DNA of 64,000 nt from Candidatus Latescibacterota bacterium (GCA_965206595.1 OZ242214.1:1312001-1376000), one strand, 5' to 3'; counted from the first letter of the stretch, positions 29,315 through 39,665 are shown. Notes: generated by a model from the letters alone, not told the origin. Numbers and translations are program-made.

Positions 29315-29671
29315 CTGCGCCCATCGCCTGGGCTGGGCGCTGCTTGCCCGCGTGTTTCTGCCGACCCCAGCGAATGCGCAGCCTGTGGCGGGCGCCTGAA
29401 ACCATCGCCGCTCTGACCGATCCCGCCTCGATCCGGACCTACCTGCAGGGAGTAGGGCTGCCGGCGTGGGCCCCGCCTCAGCCGCTGTTGGATTTCGCCG
29501 TCTGACCTCCTTCGCGATGGGCTCCCGGCACCGGTGAGCCGTACGGAGGAGTGCGCCCTCAAGTACCAGATCGACCCCTGAAACGGGCCGAAATCAAATT
29601 TACTCTGAGCCTTCTCAAACGATTCTGGAGGACGATAAGCGATTCACCAGGGACCCTGATGGACCCTTGCG
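29315..29671 (+). mobile_element. IS91/ISCR-family remnant: transposase C-terminus plus 3' non-coding end, oriIS tip missing
   Basis: Frameshifted 'RLGWALLARVF / DPSECAACGGRLK / IAALTDPASIRTYLQGVGLPAWAP'; downstream DNA shares blocks with 35325-35506 and 42936-43159. Confidence 0.75.
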
Positions 29672-29795
29672 CACGTTCTCAGCGAACGGCATAGTACCGA
29701 TATGTGCCCTGATCACGTGCCCCAGATCTCGGGCCCGGCGCCCCGAGACGTGGCGTTTAGCTACGCCTTCGGATACATCCAGGCGATCATAACAA
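29666..29795 (+). pseudogene. uxuA: C-terminal stub of mannonate dehydratase-like gene
   Basis: 'CPDHVPQI...VAFSYAFGYIQAII' resembles the UxuA C-terminal PDH/GY motif. Confidence 0.6.
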
Positions 29796-29905
29796 GCCGT
29801 GAATCACCTGCCCTGAGCACTGGCCATGGGCGTGGCATTGCCGGGTCGCCGGTCTTCAGCAACGCGTCGCCGCGTCTGCGTTAGTGTGGTTCGGAGGAGA
29901 GCGGT

Positions 29906-31435
29906 ATGACCGTGCCCGCATTCATTGCCTATTCGAAAGAGAGCGCCTACAAGCGGATCGATCACAAGAAGCAACTGTTTCTCGACAACGACGTCATCGG
30001 GGTAGTCAAGAACGTCAAGCGCAGCGTCCACGAGCCGGCCAAATTCGAGGGCAATCCCGTGATAGAGCAGGACCGGCCGTGGGAGAAGTTCGCCTACTTC
30101 CGAACCTCCAGCTACACGGTGCTCTACGACGAGCGAGACGGGTTGTTCAAATGCTGGTACGAAGATCTGCCCACAGGCCACTCCAACTTCGCGCGGTTTC
30201 TATATGCGGTCTCCCAAGACGGAGTCAACTGGACAAAACCTGAGATCGGGATCGTTGAGGATGGCCGCAAGACAAACATCATCTGGCGAGTCCCGGAGGG
30301 GGGCATTCATTCAGCCTCGATTCTGATAGACCCCAACGAGTCCGACCCCGCTCGCCGCTTCAAGTCCGTCTTTTGCTACGAGAGGCCCAACCTGAATGTG
30401 CCCAAGCGCACGACGATGGCGACGACCTTCAGCGATGGTCTGTCGCTGGCTTTCTCGGCCGACGGAACCAACTGGACTCCCTACGAGGACAACCCCGTCA
30501 TCACTGAATACGGCAGCGACGTGGAAATCCTCACCTGGGACCCCATCGATGAGCAGTACGTAATGAACTGCCGCGCCATACACGTCGCCGATAGTCCCAA
30601 TCCCGCCACTGACAGTTGGTTCCTGCCCTACGCCCCCGACCAGCCCCACGGCGTCTACAGTCCCAGGCGCAAGGTGTCGCGGGTGGTCAGCGACGACTGC
30701 ATTCACTGGTCGGCCCCGGTGATAATCTCCGAGCCCGGTCCGGACGACGATATCCAGGAGAGCCATTATGGCCTGACGCCCTGGCGGGTGGACGATTACC
30801 ACCTGGGGTTCCTGATGGTCTTCCACCAAGTGGACAACACCCTGCATTTCGAGTTGGTCCACAGCCTCGACGGCTTGAACTGGAAGCGCCTGACACCCGG
30901 ACGCTCGGTGATTCCCCGCGGCGAGCCCGGCACCTACGACTCGCTGATGATCGAGTGTCCCAGCCCCTTCGTGACAGTTGGAGACGAGCATTGGATCTAC
31001 TATGGCGGCTCCTCCATGCACCACGACTACTACGGTCATCCGCAGGTGCGCGGCGTTCCCGAGACGAGCCGACATCCCAAGGCCAGGACGCACCTGGGGC
31101 TGGCCAAGATCCGAGTGGACGGGTGGGTTGCACTTGAGGCCGGGTTGCGGGAGGGCTACGTCGAGACCAAACCCATCTACTCAGAGGGCTCGAAGCTCAT
31201 CATCAACGCCAGGTGCAACACCGACGGCTACGTCGCCGTCGAGGTGATGGATAACTGGAACAACGTCTGGCCCGGGTTCACCCGCGGGGAATGTGATGTC
31301 TTCAACGGGGACAGCGTAGACCACGTGGTGTCCTGGGAGGGCCGGTCAGAGGTGAACGAGGTCCCGTGGTGCGTTAAGTTGCGCTTCTGGATGAGGAATG
31401 CGGAACTCTACTCGTTCCGCATCGCCGACGAATAG
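29906..31435 (+). CDS. Glycoside-hydrolase-like five-bladed beta-propeller protein with C-terminal beta-sandwich
   Basis: 'KQLFLDN', 'NPVIEQDRPWE', 'YAVSQDGVNWTKP', several SxDGxxW repeats, 'LAKIRVDGWVAL', 'NAELYSF'. Confidence 0.75.
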   Translation: MTVPAFIAYSKESAYKRIDHKKQLFLDNDVIGVVKNVKRSVHEPAKFEGNPVIEQDRPWEKFAYFRTSSYTVLYDERDGLFKCWYEDLPTGHSNFARFLYAVSQDGVNWTKPEIGIVEDGRKTNIIWRVPEGGIHSASILIDPNESDPARRFKSVFCYERPNLNVPKRTTMATTFSDGLSLAFSADGTNWTPYEDNPVITEYGSDVEILTWDPIDEQYVMNCRAIHVADSPNPATDSWFLPYAPDQPHGVYSPRRKVSRVVSDDCIHWSAPVIISEPGPDDDIQESHYGLTPWRVDDYHLGFLMVFHQVDNTLHFELVHSLDGLNWKRLTPGRSVIPRGEPGTYDSLMIECPSPFVTVGDEHWIYYGGSSMHHDYYGHPQVRGVPETSRHPKARTHLGLAKIRVDGWVALEAGLREGYVETKPIYSEGSKLIINARCNTDGYVAVEVMDNWNNVWPGFTRGECDVFNGDSVDHVVSWEGRSEVNEVPWCVKLRFWMRNAELYSFRIADE

Positions 31436-31487
31436 TTTAAGCAACCCAGCCAGACATTGTGCGAATCTCCTTGTTCTATTCGTGACT

Positions 31488-32495
31488 TCAGATCCGTGTC
31501 CGCCCTTGATAGATGAGAGGATGAACAATCCCGACCTCCTCTATCCCAGCGTTGAGGTCGTCCGGGAGTACCCCACGAAGCGCAGCAGACATATTGAATT
31601 CGACTTCTTGGAGATTACTGAAACCAACAACGATGGACTGTTGCTTTTGCTCTGAAAGCATCCAGCGGATACAGAGTTCCGCCATGGGAATATCAGCGTC
31701 CGCATGAAGGTCAAGGAACCTGAAATAGGACGCCTTGAATATCTCGTCCATCCAATCGGGAGGACTCTCCCGCCATGCGTTTTGGGGAACGGCAAGCCAA
31801 CCTTTCATCAATGGTGCACCGATCACAACGCCTGCCTGTAGGTCTTGAGCAGTCGGGAACAGGAATTCAACAGCATTCCTGAAAACCGGGTTGAACTGAT
31901 GCGCTGTCATGACAGAATCAACCTTGATCACTTTCAGGATTCGCGCCAACACGCGTGCATTCTTAGCCGTCAATCCGATAAAACGGGCCTTGCCGCTACG
32001 CTTCGCATCTGCGAGGAATTTGACCGCCGGCGCATTACAGAAGTCGTAGTCTGTGTCATCCTCAATGAGTGCACCCCAATCCACCGCATCTTCATTTTCG
32101 GGGATATCGTCAGTCCACCATTTCATGTAGTCCGCTTCGTGAATCTGGATGATGTCCACGTAATCGGTCTGAAGTCGCTTGAGGGAATTCTCGAATTGCT
32201 CCATGAGCTGGTCGGCGCTGCGATGACCCTCCAAGCGGGAGCGCTCACGGTTTGTAAATCCCACTTTGGTAGCAAGGATGACCTTGTCTCGTTTTCCTTT
32301 CAAGGCGGCGCCCAGCATCGTTTCATCCCTGCCGTCCCCGTAGTTTGCGGCTGTGTCGAAATAGTTCACGCCGTAGTCAATCGCATAATCCACACAACGA
32401 TTCACACCATCCTGCCCTTGACCTGCCATAAAAGCAGAGCCGAGTCCGAGTTCACTGACGTTGAGACCTGTCTTACCTAGTATGCGTGTTTTCAT
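31488..32495 (-). CDS. Aldo/keto reductase
   Basis: 'RILGKTGLNVSELGLG', 'NYFDTAANYG', 'LATK', 'SLKRLQTDYVDIIQIH'; low GC. Confidence 0.92.
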   Translation of the reverse strand: MKTRILGKTGLNVSELGLGSAFMAGQGQDGVNRCVDYAIDYGVNYFDTAANYGDGRDETMLGAALKGKRDKVILATKVGFTNRERSRLEGHRSADQLMEQFENSLKRLQTDYVDIIQIHEADYMKWWTDDIPENEDAVDWGALIEDDTDYDFCNAPAVKFLADAKRSGKARFIGLTAKNARVLARILKVIKVDSVMTAHQFNPVFRNAVEFLFPTAQDLQAGVVIGAPLMKGWLAVPQNAWRESPPDWMDEIFKASYFRFLDLHADADIPMAELCIRWMLSEQKQQSIVVGFSNLQEVEFNMSAALRGVLPDDLNAGIEEVGIVHPLIYQGRTRI

Positions 32496-32685
32496 TGCCG
32501 TTGTTTGTACTCGTACTGATTCGTCCAGTTCTTTTGAAAATCGAAACACAAAGAGGCATAGCTTCCAAGCGACCGTTACCGGGTCAGGAAATCATGGAAT
32601 TCTGCAACGCATCCGTTACCAGGAATTGCCGGAGCCACCTGTTTCGGGTCCTCGACTTCCGAATAGTCTTTCGATTTCCGCCTGC

Positions 32686-34317
32686 CTACCTGGCGCTGTC
32701 GCACCCCAGGACCATCACCTCGCACTGGTGCAGGGTCGGCCACGGGTCCGGGGTCTGCAGACCCTCGAGTCCGACCAGGACCAGGTTCTCCCCCCTGCGG
32801 ACCGGTGGATCCTCCACCACGAGCCAAGTGCCGTACTGGTTCTCCAGCTTGCCGGCGCCGGCGAGCGGAACGTCGCGGCCGTTGACCTGGCAGAAGATCC
32901 GCTCCATGCAGGCCTCGCAATCGGTCAGCCGCAGGCGCAGCTCGGTGCCGAGTATGCGGCCGTCGGCGAGGCCGGCTTCGATGTCGTCCTCGATGACGAG
33001 GCTCATCTCGTATCCGGAACCGCCGGTGGCGCGCGCCGGCATGCTCAGGTCGCGGGGAACCTGCGGGTAGTGGTCCCCCGGGGAGTGGTGGACGGCCCCG
33101 CCGAGGGCGGAGTCCGACACCGAATAGCTGCGGTCGCGGCGCGCCAGCCGCTGCGGATCGGCGAGGTCGGCAAGCAGGGCGAGGTGGTCGTCGTTGTACT
33201 CCTCCTCATCGAACGGGGAAGCGCGGTGGTGCCGGTAGTCGTAGTTGAAGACGTAGACCCCGGAGGCCCCCTGCTCGTACCCGTTCAGGGCCGCCCCCCG
33301 CAGGACCGCGGGCACGCCCCGGTCGTAGCCTTCGTGCGGCGAGGTCAGGTGGGTGGCGCCGTCGAAGCCGACGTAGACCGGCACCTCGCTCTCCCCGGCG
33401 CAGGCGACCGCCTCGGCGATGTCGAAACGGGCGGGACAGTAGGAGGAGGAGGAGAGCACGAAGAGGTCGGCCACCGGCTCGCGGATCCAGGCCCGGGCGT
33501 CGATGCCGATGGCGCGGGCTTCGGCAAGGCAGGGAGGTACGCGAGCGATCAGGGAGATCGGCTTTCCCTTGCGTTCCCCGTGGCCGCGCACGATGGCATG
33601 GGCCTCGCGCATGAAGCGCGTGAGGGTGTCGAGGTTGTCGAGCAGGCGCCCCGGCCGGAAGTAGGGGGGGCCGCGCATCCAGTCGACTTCGACGCCGTCG
33701 AAGTCATAGCGCTCCAGAGTCTCGTCGACGAGCCCGAGGAAGCGGTCGCGCACCTCCTCCTGCTCGTAGTCCCACTGCCAGCAGAAGTTCCAGCGGTCGG
33801 CGCCGCCGGCCCGGGTCGGGGTGGGGGAGCCGATCAGCAGGTCGGGCCGCGACTTCTTGTGGCGGCTGCGCACCTGCCACTCGCGCCCCTCGTCCGAGGT
33901 GTGGGCGTCGTTCATGCGCATCGAGGCGATCGCCGCGATGCCGTGCCGGCGGCAACCGCCGATGTAGATCCGCATCAGCTCGCGGCCGTCGGCGATGACG
34001 GCGTCCATGCAGTTGTAGAGCTGCTCGAGGCGGCTGAGCTCGAAGCCGCCCGCGGTCATCTTGCGCACCGGGTTGCCGTCGGCGTCGACGTCGGGGTCGG
34101 GGTCCCAGACCTCGGTGTCGTCTCCCCACATGGCCGAGTGCGGGCTGCCGCGCCAGACGACGTCGTCGTCGATGCCGATGAGCCCGGCGAGGGCGTCGAC
34201 GCCGGCCGGGACCAGGGCTTCGAGCTGGTGGGTGACGTCGCCGGGGTTGCGGTCCGGCAGGTAGAAGAGCATCCAGTTGCCGTCGGTGTTGAAGATCAGG
34301 CGCGGAAGTCTGGTCAT
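32686..34317 (-). CDS. GHL10/family-10-like TIM-barrel glycosyl hydrolase-like protein (intact copy)
   Basis: 'IFNTDG', 'SMRMNDAH', 'YDFDGVEVDWMR', 'LRGAALNGYEQGASGVYVFN'; paralogue of 56081-57685. Confidence 0.75.
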   Translation of the reverse strand: MTRLPRLIFNTDGNWMLFYLPDRNPGDVTHQLEALVPAGVDALAGLIGIDDDVVWRGSPHSAMWGDDTEVWDPDPDVDADGNPVRKMTAGGFELSRLEQLYNCMDAVIADGRELMRIYIGGCRRHGIAAIASMRMNDAHTSDEGREWQVRSRHKKSRPDLLIGSPTPTRAGGADRWNFCWQWDYEQEEVRDRFLGLVDETLERYDFDGVEVDWMRGPPYFRPGRLLDNLDTLTRFMREAHAIVRGHGERKGKPISLIARVPPCLAEARAIGIDARAWIREPVADLFVLSSSSYCPARFDIAEAVACAGESEVPVYVGFDGATHLTSPHEGYDRGVPAVLRGAALNGYEQGASGVYVFNYDYRHHRASPFDEEEYNDDHLALLADLADPQRLARRDRSYSVSDSALGGAVHHSPGDHYPQVPRDLSMPARATGGSGYEMSLVIEDDIEAGLADGRILGTELRLRLTDCEACMERIFCQVNGRDVPLAGAGKLENQYGTWLVVEDPPVRRGENLVLVGLEGLQTPDPWPTLHQCEVMVLGCDSAR

Positions 34318-35200
34318 CGCGGTCTCCGTTGTTTCGATTATGGGTTCCTGCCGGCGTCAGCCGGCCAAGATAGCTTACCCCCGCAGTCGCGTGAACGGAG
34401 AGCGAACATGTACCGAACCGATCTCGTCCTCAACCGGAACTTCCGCCCGGGAGCTCCCTACGGACCGGAGTAGCGGGCGCTGCTCGACTCGGAGTCGATG
34501 GCCGCGGTCAGGGAAGAGGTCGGTTCCTGGCCCGGGTACGAGCCGACCCCCCTGGTGCGGCTCGACGGCCGCGCCGCGGCCGCGGGGATTGCCCGGTTGT
34601 GGTGCAAGCACGAGGGCCCGCGTTTCGACATCGGCAGCTTCAAGCCCACCGGACCGACCTACGCCATGCTGACCGTGCTGCGCGGCGAGATCGAGAAGGC
34701 CGCCGGCGTCCGCCACGCCCCGACGCGGGAGCTGCTCGACGGCAGGTACGCCGCCGCCGGGGTCACGGTCTGCGCCGCCACCTCGGGCAACCACGGCCGC
34801 GCCCTGGCCTGGGGGGCGCGCATGTTCGGCTGCCGCTGCATCATCTACATGAACGACAAGGTGAGTTCCGGAAGGGAGGCGGTGATCGCGTCCTTCGGAG
34901 CCGAGGTGGTGCGCGTCCCCGGCTCCTTCGACCGGGCGGTGCAGCGCTCGTTCGAGGATGCCGAGGAGAACGGCTACTTCGTCATCTGCGACCGGCAGCG
35001 GCGCTATCCCGAGGTGCCGCTGCGGATCATCCAGGGGTACGCCCTGGTCGGGGAGGAGATCGCATCGCAGCTGCCACTACCGGAAGCCCCCACGCATGTC
35101 TTCGTGCCCGGGGGCAGCGGCAAGCTCGCCTCGGCGGTCTGCGCGCGCCTTTGGGAGCGCTACGGAGAGGCGCATCCGCGGGTGGTCACCGTCGAGCCGG
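34052..35200 (+). repeat. Copy 1 of a ~1.15-kb imperfect direct repeat
   Basis: Aligns with 41036-42185 from GCGGTCATCTTGCGC to GTCGAGCCGG. Confidence 0.97.
34408..35200 (+). pseudogene. dpaL: Diaminopropionate ammonia-lyase-like gene, inactivated copy
   Basis: In-frame TAG at 34471-34473 (CAA in copy 2); truncated at 35200 by an IS91-like fragment. Confidence 0.88.
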
Positions 35201-35506
35201 TCTCTCGCCGATGGAACTGCTTGAGAAGCTGGCAGCTTTGGTCCCTCCGCCCCGGTTTCATCTCCTGCGTTACCACGGGGTCCTGGCTTCGCGCGGTGAT
35301 CGCCGTAGAGTTCGCCGCTTGACCTGCCTTCTCGACCCGCCTCCGGCGCCGGCCGTACGGGGGCGTGTCCTCAACGGTCCCTCAGGCCACCGACCTGCGA
35401 GCTCTGACGAAGGACCAGCAAACGACCCTCAGGAATCTGCCGGACCCTTGCGGTGCCCTCGGCGCCTTCGCGGAGAGTCCGCAAAGGTGCCTTGATTTAC
35501 CTATAC
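35201..35506 (+). mobile_element. Internally deleted IS91/ISCR-like element ending in an oriIS-like tip
   Basis: 'LSPMELLEKLAALVPPPRFHLLRYHGVLA' (Y2 transposase motif), then the last codons/stop and a 3' end terminating GCCTTGATTTACCTATAC. Confidence 0.82.
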
Positions 35507-36052
35507 ATCTGACCGATATGCGCGATGCCGCTATCCTGGCGGTCGCCTCCGACGCCCTGCTCAGGGTCGGCGAGGTGGCCGCGCTTCAGGTCGACGACAT
35601 CGCCTTCGAGGCAGACGGCTCGGGCATTGTCACCATCCGATCCAGCAAGACCGACCAGGAAGGACGTTGAGACAAGCTGTACCTGGGGAAGACCACCGCG
35701 CAGAGAATCAAGGCATGGCTGGAGAAAGCCGGCCTCCGGGAGGGACCGTTGTTTCGCCGCGTCTTTCTGAAGGGCAGCCGCGTCGGCGACAAAAAGATGA
35801 ACTCGGACAGTCCGTCAGATCATCAAAAAGCGGTGCGCGGCCATCGGGATCGTGGGGCACGTCTCCGGCCACTCGCTACGCGTCGGCGGGGCTCAGTCGC
35901 TGGCCGCCGGCGGGGCTTCCCTACCGGAAATGCAGACCGCCGGCCGCTGGGAGTCGCCGCAGATGCCCGGACATTACGCGCGGGGCCAGCTGGCCGCCAA
36001 GGGCGCCGTGGCGCGGATCAAGTACCCTCAGGAGAGGGGGCGAAATGACTGA
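35507..36052 (+). pseudogene. Cre-like tyrosine recombinase catalytic domain, 5'-truncated, nonsense plus frameshift
   Basis: 'RDAA..LLRVGEV..SSKTDQEG', TGA at 35668, shift near 35812, 'SGHSLRVG..GRW..PGHY'. Confidence 0.85.
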
Positions 36053-37454
36053 TGGCCCTGGCACGGACTCTCCCCCCGGGACGAATGAAACGCTTCCGGC
36101 TTCGCCCGTTCCGGCCCCGCGGATTCTTGACCTGGCTGACGCCCGAGGGAAGACCCTTTCCGCGCAGGTTTGGCGCGCGGATGCCAGTGTCTTCCCGAAA
36201 ACCAAGAGAAAGTACCGATCCGCGCTGGCAAAGTTCGACGAGGCGGTTGCCGACAAACCCGTTGCCGACTCCGTAATCGCGGACTACCTCGCCGACCTGC
36301 ACGCGGCCGGAAAATCACCGGGGACGTGCAACCAGGTCGTTACTGCTCTCAAGTACCGCGCCCGGCTGCAGGGCACCCCGTTGCCGGTCGGCCCCTTAAC
36401 CCAACGGGTTCTTGCCAGGATCTGGAAGTGGCCGGAGGTCCTTTTCGCGCAGATTTGGACCTTCGCCGGCGTCTCCGATCCGGTCACCGACTCCCAGGCC
36501 GCCGGCTACCTCGCGGGCCTGCGCGCCTCCGGACAATCGCCGGCCACGTGCAGCCGGATCCTCGATGGGCTCGAGTTCCGCGCCGAGCAACAGGGCATCC
36601 CGTTTGAGGCCGGTCCTTTGACCCGACGGGCTCTTGTCGGGACCGGTGCCGCGCGGCCCGAGCTATCCGCCAAGGTCTGGGATCTCGTTGCTGCCAGTGT
36701 CGCGGAAAACACCAGGAGAACGTACGGAGCCGTACTGGCGAAATTCGACAGGGCCGTTGCCGGGGCACCTGCCACCGATGCCCTGGTCGCGGGCTACCTC
36801 GCCGGCCTGATGATGGCCGGTATTCGCCGCAAAGGCCGGGGGCGGGGTCGAGGTCAGGTCCAGGGGGTGGATTTCGCGCAAGCCCTCGCCGTGGGCGCCG
36901 CTGCCGCCGAAGACGGATTCCTTCAGGGGCTGCGCGACGCCGCGCTCATTGCGGTCATGTCGGACGGCTTGATGCGCGTCTCCGAGGTCGCCGCACTCCA
37001 GGTCGACGACATCACCTACGAACCGGACGGCACGGGCATTGTCACGGTCCGGTCCAGCAAGACCGACCAGAAAGGAACCGGAGCGGTTCAGTTCCTGGGG
37101 GCTGCCACCGTGGAGAGAATCGAGGCATGGCTGGACAAAGCCGGCCTCCAGGACGGGCCGTTGTTTCCCCGGATGCACCGTGGCGAGACGGTCGGCCAAG
37201 CCGCCCTCAGCACGGTTTCCGTCCGGAATATCATCAAACGGCGGTGCGCCGACGCCGGGATCGAGGGGGACATCTCCGGCCACTCGCTCCGGGTCGGCGG
37301 GGCTCAGTCCCTGGCCGCCGGCGGGGCTTCGGTTGTCGAAATGCAGACGGCGGGCCGCTGGGAATCGCCGCAGATGCCGGGACACTACGCACGGAGACAA
37401 CTGGCCGCCCGGGGAGCCGTCGCGCGGATCAAGTACGGTTACGGTGCTCCGTAG
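36045..37454 (+). CDS. Cre-like tyrosine recombinase with internally repeated core-binding (SAM-like) domain
   Basis: Catalytic R (MRVSE), K (SKTDQ), HxxR (HSLR), W (GRW), Y (GHY); 'D..(I/A/V)A.YLA.L' unit occurs three times; AGGAGAGG RBS. Confidence 0.9.
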   Translation: MTDGPGTDSPPGTNETLPASPVPAPRILDLADARGKTLSAQVWRADASVFPKTKRKYRSALAKFDEAVADKPVADSVIADYLADLHAAGKSPGTCNQVVTALKYRARLQGTPLPVGPLTQRVLARIWKWPEVLFAQIWTFAGVSDPVTDSQAAGYLAGLRASGQSPATCSRILDGLEFRAEQQGIPFEAGPLTRRALVGTGAARPELSAKVWDLVAASVAENTRRTYGAVLAKFDRAVAGAPATDALVAGYLAGLMMAGIRRKGRGRGRGQVQGVDFAQALAVGAAAAEDGFLQGLRDAALIAVMSDGLMRVSEVAALQVDDITYEPDGTGIVTVRSSKTDQKGTGAVQFLGAATVERIEAWLDKAGLQDGPLFPRMHRGETVGQAALSTVSVRNIIKRRCADAGIEGDISGHSLRVGGAQSLAAGGASVVEMQTAGRWESPQMPGHYARRQLAARGAVARIKYGYGAP

Positions 37455-37620
37455 GCCGCCCGGGCCAAACCCGTGCGCCCCCCCCCGGGGAGGGGGGGGT
37501 TACACTCCGTTTCAGGGGGTTGCGCTACGTGACATTTGTGATCCAGGGTAGAAATTTCTCATAAAACCCGTTTCAGCCCAGGGGTGGCGGGCTTTTCGCT
37601 GGAGCCGACCCCAATCCCCG

Positions 37621-39358
37621 TTACCGCCCCTTGCTCCACGCTCGCATGATTCGCGGCGTCCCGTACCACGCATGGCAGCCGAAACCCTTGGGCGGATCGA
37701 CCGGATCGGGTATCAGCCCTTCTTCGCGGCAGGCGACCGTCAGTTGCCTACACGCCGTCATGAAGCCCAAAAAGCCCAGATAGTAAGGCTGTCCCAGCAA
37801 GTGTGAAAACTCCAACTCGTCCACCTTCTCGGCAAAAGCCGTTATCGCACCGTCGAGCACGTTGCAGGCGAGTTCGGCGCAGATCGCATCGACCGTTCCG
37901 ATCAACCACTCCTCGTCTGCTCCAGTCACAACCGGCATGCCCAACCGCCAGCGCCCGTTTTCTAACTGAACTAAATAGCTCTCCTCGCTGTATTCCGCCA
38001 ATCTCGATCTCTCCTCTTCGTCCGCGTCGCCGAGCAAATCCTCCTCGCTTATAGGTCCCTCGCACAAGCCGCCGACAAATCGATCCAGGTCTTCGAAGCG
38101 CAGAGACTTTATACAATCGCCTCCGACCATAAGGCGCGGCTCCGCTATACTGCCCATGCCCATGTCGTCCCCCTCCACCTCCACCCCGCCAACCCGGAAA
38201 GAAGGCTCCTTTTCGACACCGCAATGGCCTACCAGATACCAAAAGTCCACCGGCCTGAGTGGATAGGTCAGAATGCGATGTTTACCCCAATTGGGCAGCG
38301 ACGACACTTGCCGCCCCAGACCACGCATGACAATCCACTCCGGCAACGCGATCCAAGCCAGTTCCTCATAGGTAAATCCCTGCCAGCCGCACAACGAAGT
38401 ATGGCTCAGGGCCTCTCTGAGCTGCGGCAGGCGGCGCTTGAGGATGGCTATGCCCTCCCGCACCGAATACACGCTCTCTTCCAGCGACAAGTACTCTTGG
38501 CGCGCCATAAAGAGAAAGGCCGTCTGATAACGACCGGGAAAGGGCTCCTCCAGTATTTCTCCTTCCACCAAGCCCGGCACGATGTCCTGCACATAGGCCT
38601 TGTCGGCATGCAACAGACGGGCTAGTTCCCCAACGCTTTTTGCCCTCTTGCGGCAGAAGTAGAGCAAGCGCCTAGCCAGCAAGCTGTTCGTCTGCCGCAG
38701 CGGATGCAGCGGATCATGCTGGTTTTCGCACTCGCCTATGACCTCGATATTAAGCGTCTCAGGTGTTTCCATTGGCATCGTCGTCTCGGGTGCCATGCTC
38801 TCCAACTCCTTTCTCAATCTTTTGCGCCCCTGGAAGAGTCGGGCCTTCACCGCCCTCACAGAAAGCCCCATCTCCTCGGAGATCTCCATAATGGATTTGT
38901 CCTCTATATGAAAGGCGGTGAAAATGCGGCGCGAAGAGTCCGACAGACTCTGCGCCGCTTCTGCGATGGCTGCCCCTATTTCACGCGATAGCAGCCGCTG
39001 CTCCGGCGTGCGTTCCCCCTCCGCTACCATCGCGTGCCGGGCGAGTAACTGATCCCGGCACTGCTGCTTATCGCACCAGTCGAGTGCCAAGCGATACATC
39101 AGCGTGCGCAGCCAAGCGTGAAAAGCGGCCCCCGTCTGCAACTCGCCAAGCCGACTCCAAGCGCGGACAAAGGTCTCCTGCAACAGATCCTGCGCCTCAT
39201 CGATCTCGCCGCCGCTCAAGGTGCAGGCATAGGGCCATAGCTGTGCCGAATGCCCGCTCGAAGAGCCGCGCAAAAGCCCATTCGTGGCCTTCCTGTGCGG
39301 CGGCCACCAAATGGGCGTCATTTACCGTCTGGCCATGGATTAGCTGATATTCTCGCAT
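37621..39358 (-). pseudogene. ECF sigma-70 factor with long C-terminal extension; one-base frameshift near 39254
   Basis: ATG 39358 gives 'DAHLVAAAQEGHEWAFARLFER', continuing after a one-base shift as 'HSAQLWPYA..DEAQDLLQETFVRAW..FHAWL' and region 4 'EISEEMGLSVRAVKARLFQGRKRL'; could be a sequencing indel. Confidence 0.8.
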
Positions 39359-39382
39359 CGCACTTTACGCCTTTCTGTCTCC

Positions 39383-39410
39383 TAAGACGGGGCGACGGCG
39401 TTAGAGGTTA
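39383..39410 (-). promoter_or_regulatory. ECF-type promoter, probably autoregulatory
   Basis: Minus strand TAACC-N16-CGTCTTA directly upstream of the ECF gene start. Confidence 0.65.
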
Positions 39411-39598
39411 TATTGGGCGAGAAAAAAATGGCAACAACAGGGGGGTTCACCTTGCGGTGATGGGAGATGGATCCAACTGCAAGAAATTACAACTACAATT
39501 TTAACAGACACTTAAAAGCTAGGCGCCTACAGAGCGGGGCGGGAAGGCTCCCAAGCCTTGATCCAACCGACCCCGGTTACTTAAACTCCCCTTGGAGT

Positions 39599-39646
39599 AA
39601 AAAAAGCGGGCAGCAGTCCCCTGATCGACGATCAGCGACTGCCCGC
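39599..39646 (-). terminator. Intrinsic terminator for the small minus-strand ORFs
   Basis: GCGGGCAG...CTGATCG-A-CGATCAG...CTGCCCGC stem next to A7 (U-tract on minus strand). Confidence 0.7.
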
Positions 39647-39665
39647 CAGAGCCGGGGGAGGCACC

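Noticed and set aside
34471-34473. In-frame TAG in dpaL copy 1 as pyrrolysine or read-through
   Set aside because: Copy 2 has Gln and copy 1 is truncated anyway; simple nonsense change
35668-35670. In-frame TGA in recombinase 1 as selenocysteine
   Set aside because: Paralogue has Gly (GGA) here, the gene is also truncated and frameshifted, and no Cys role is expected
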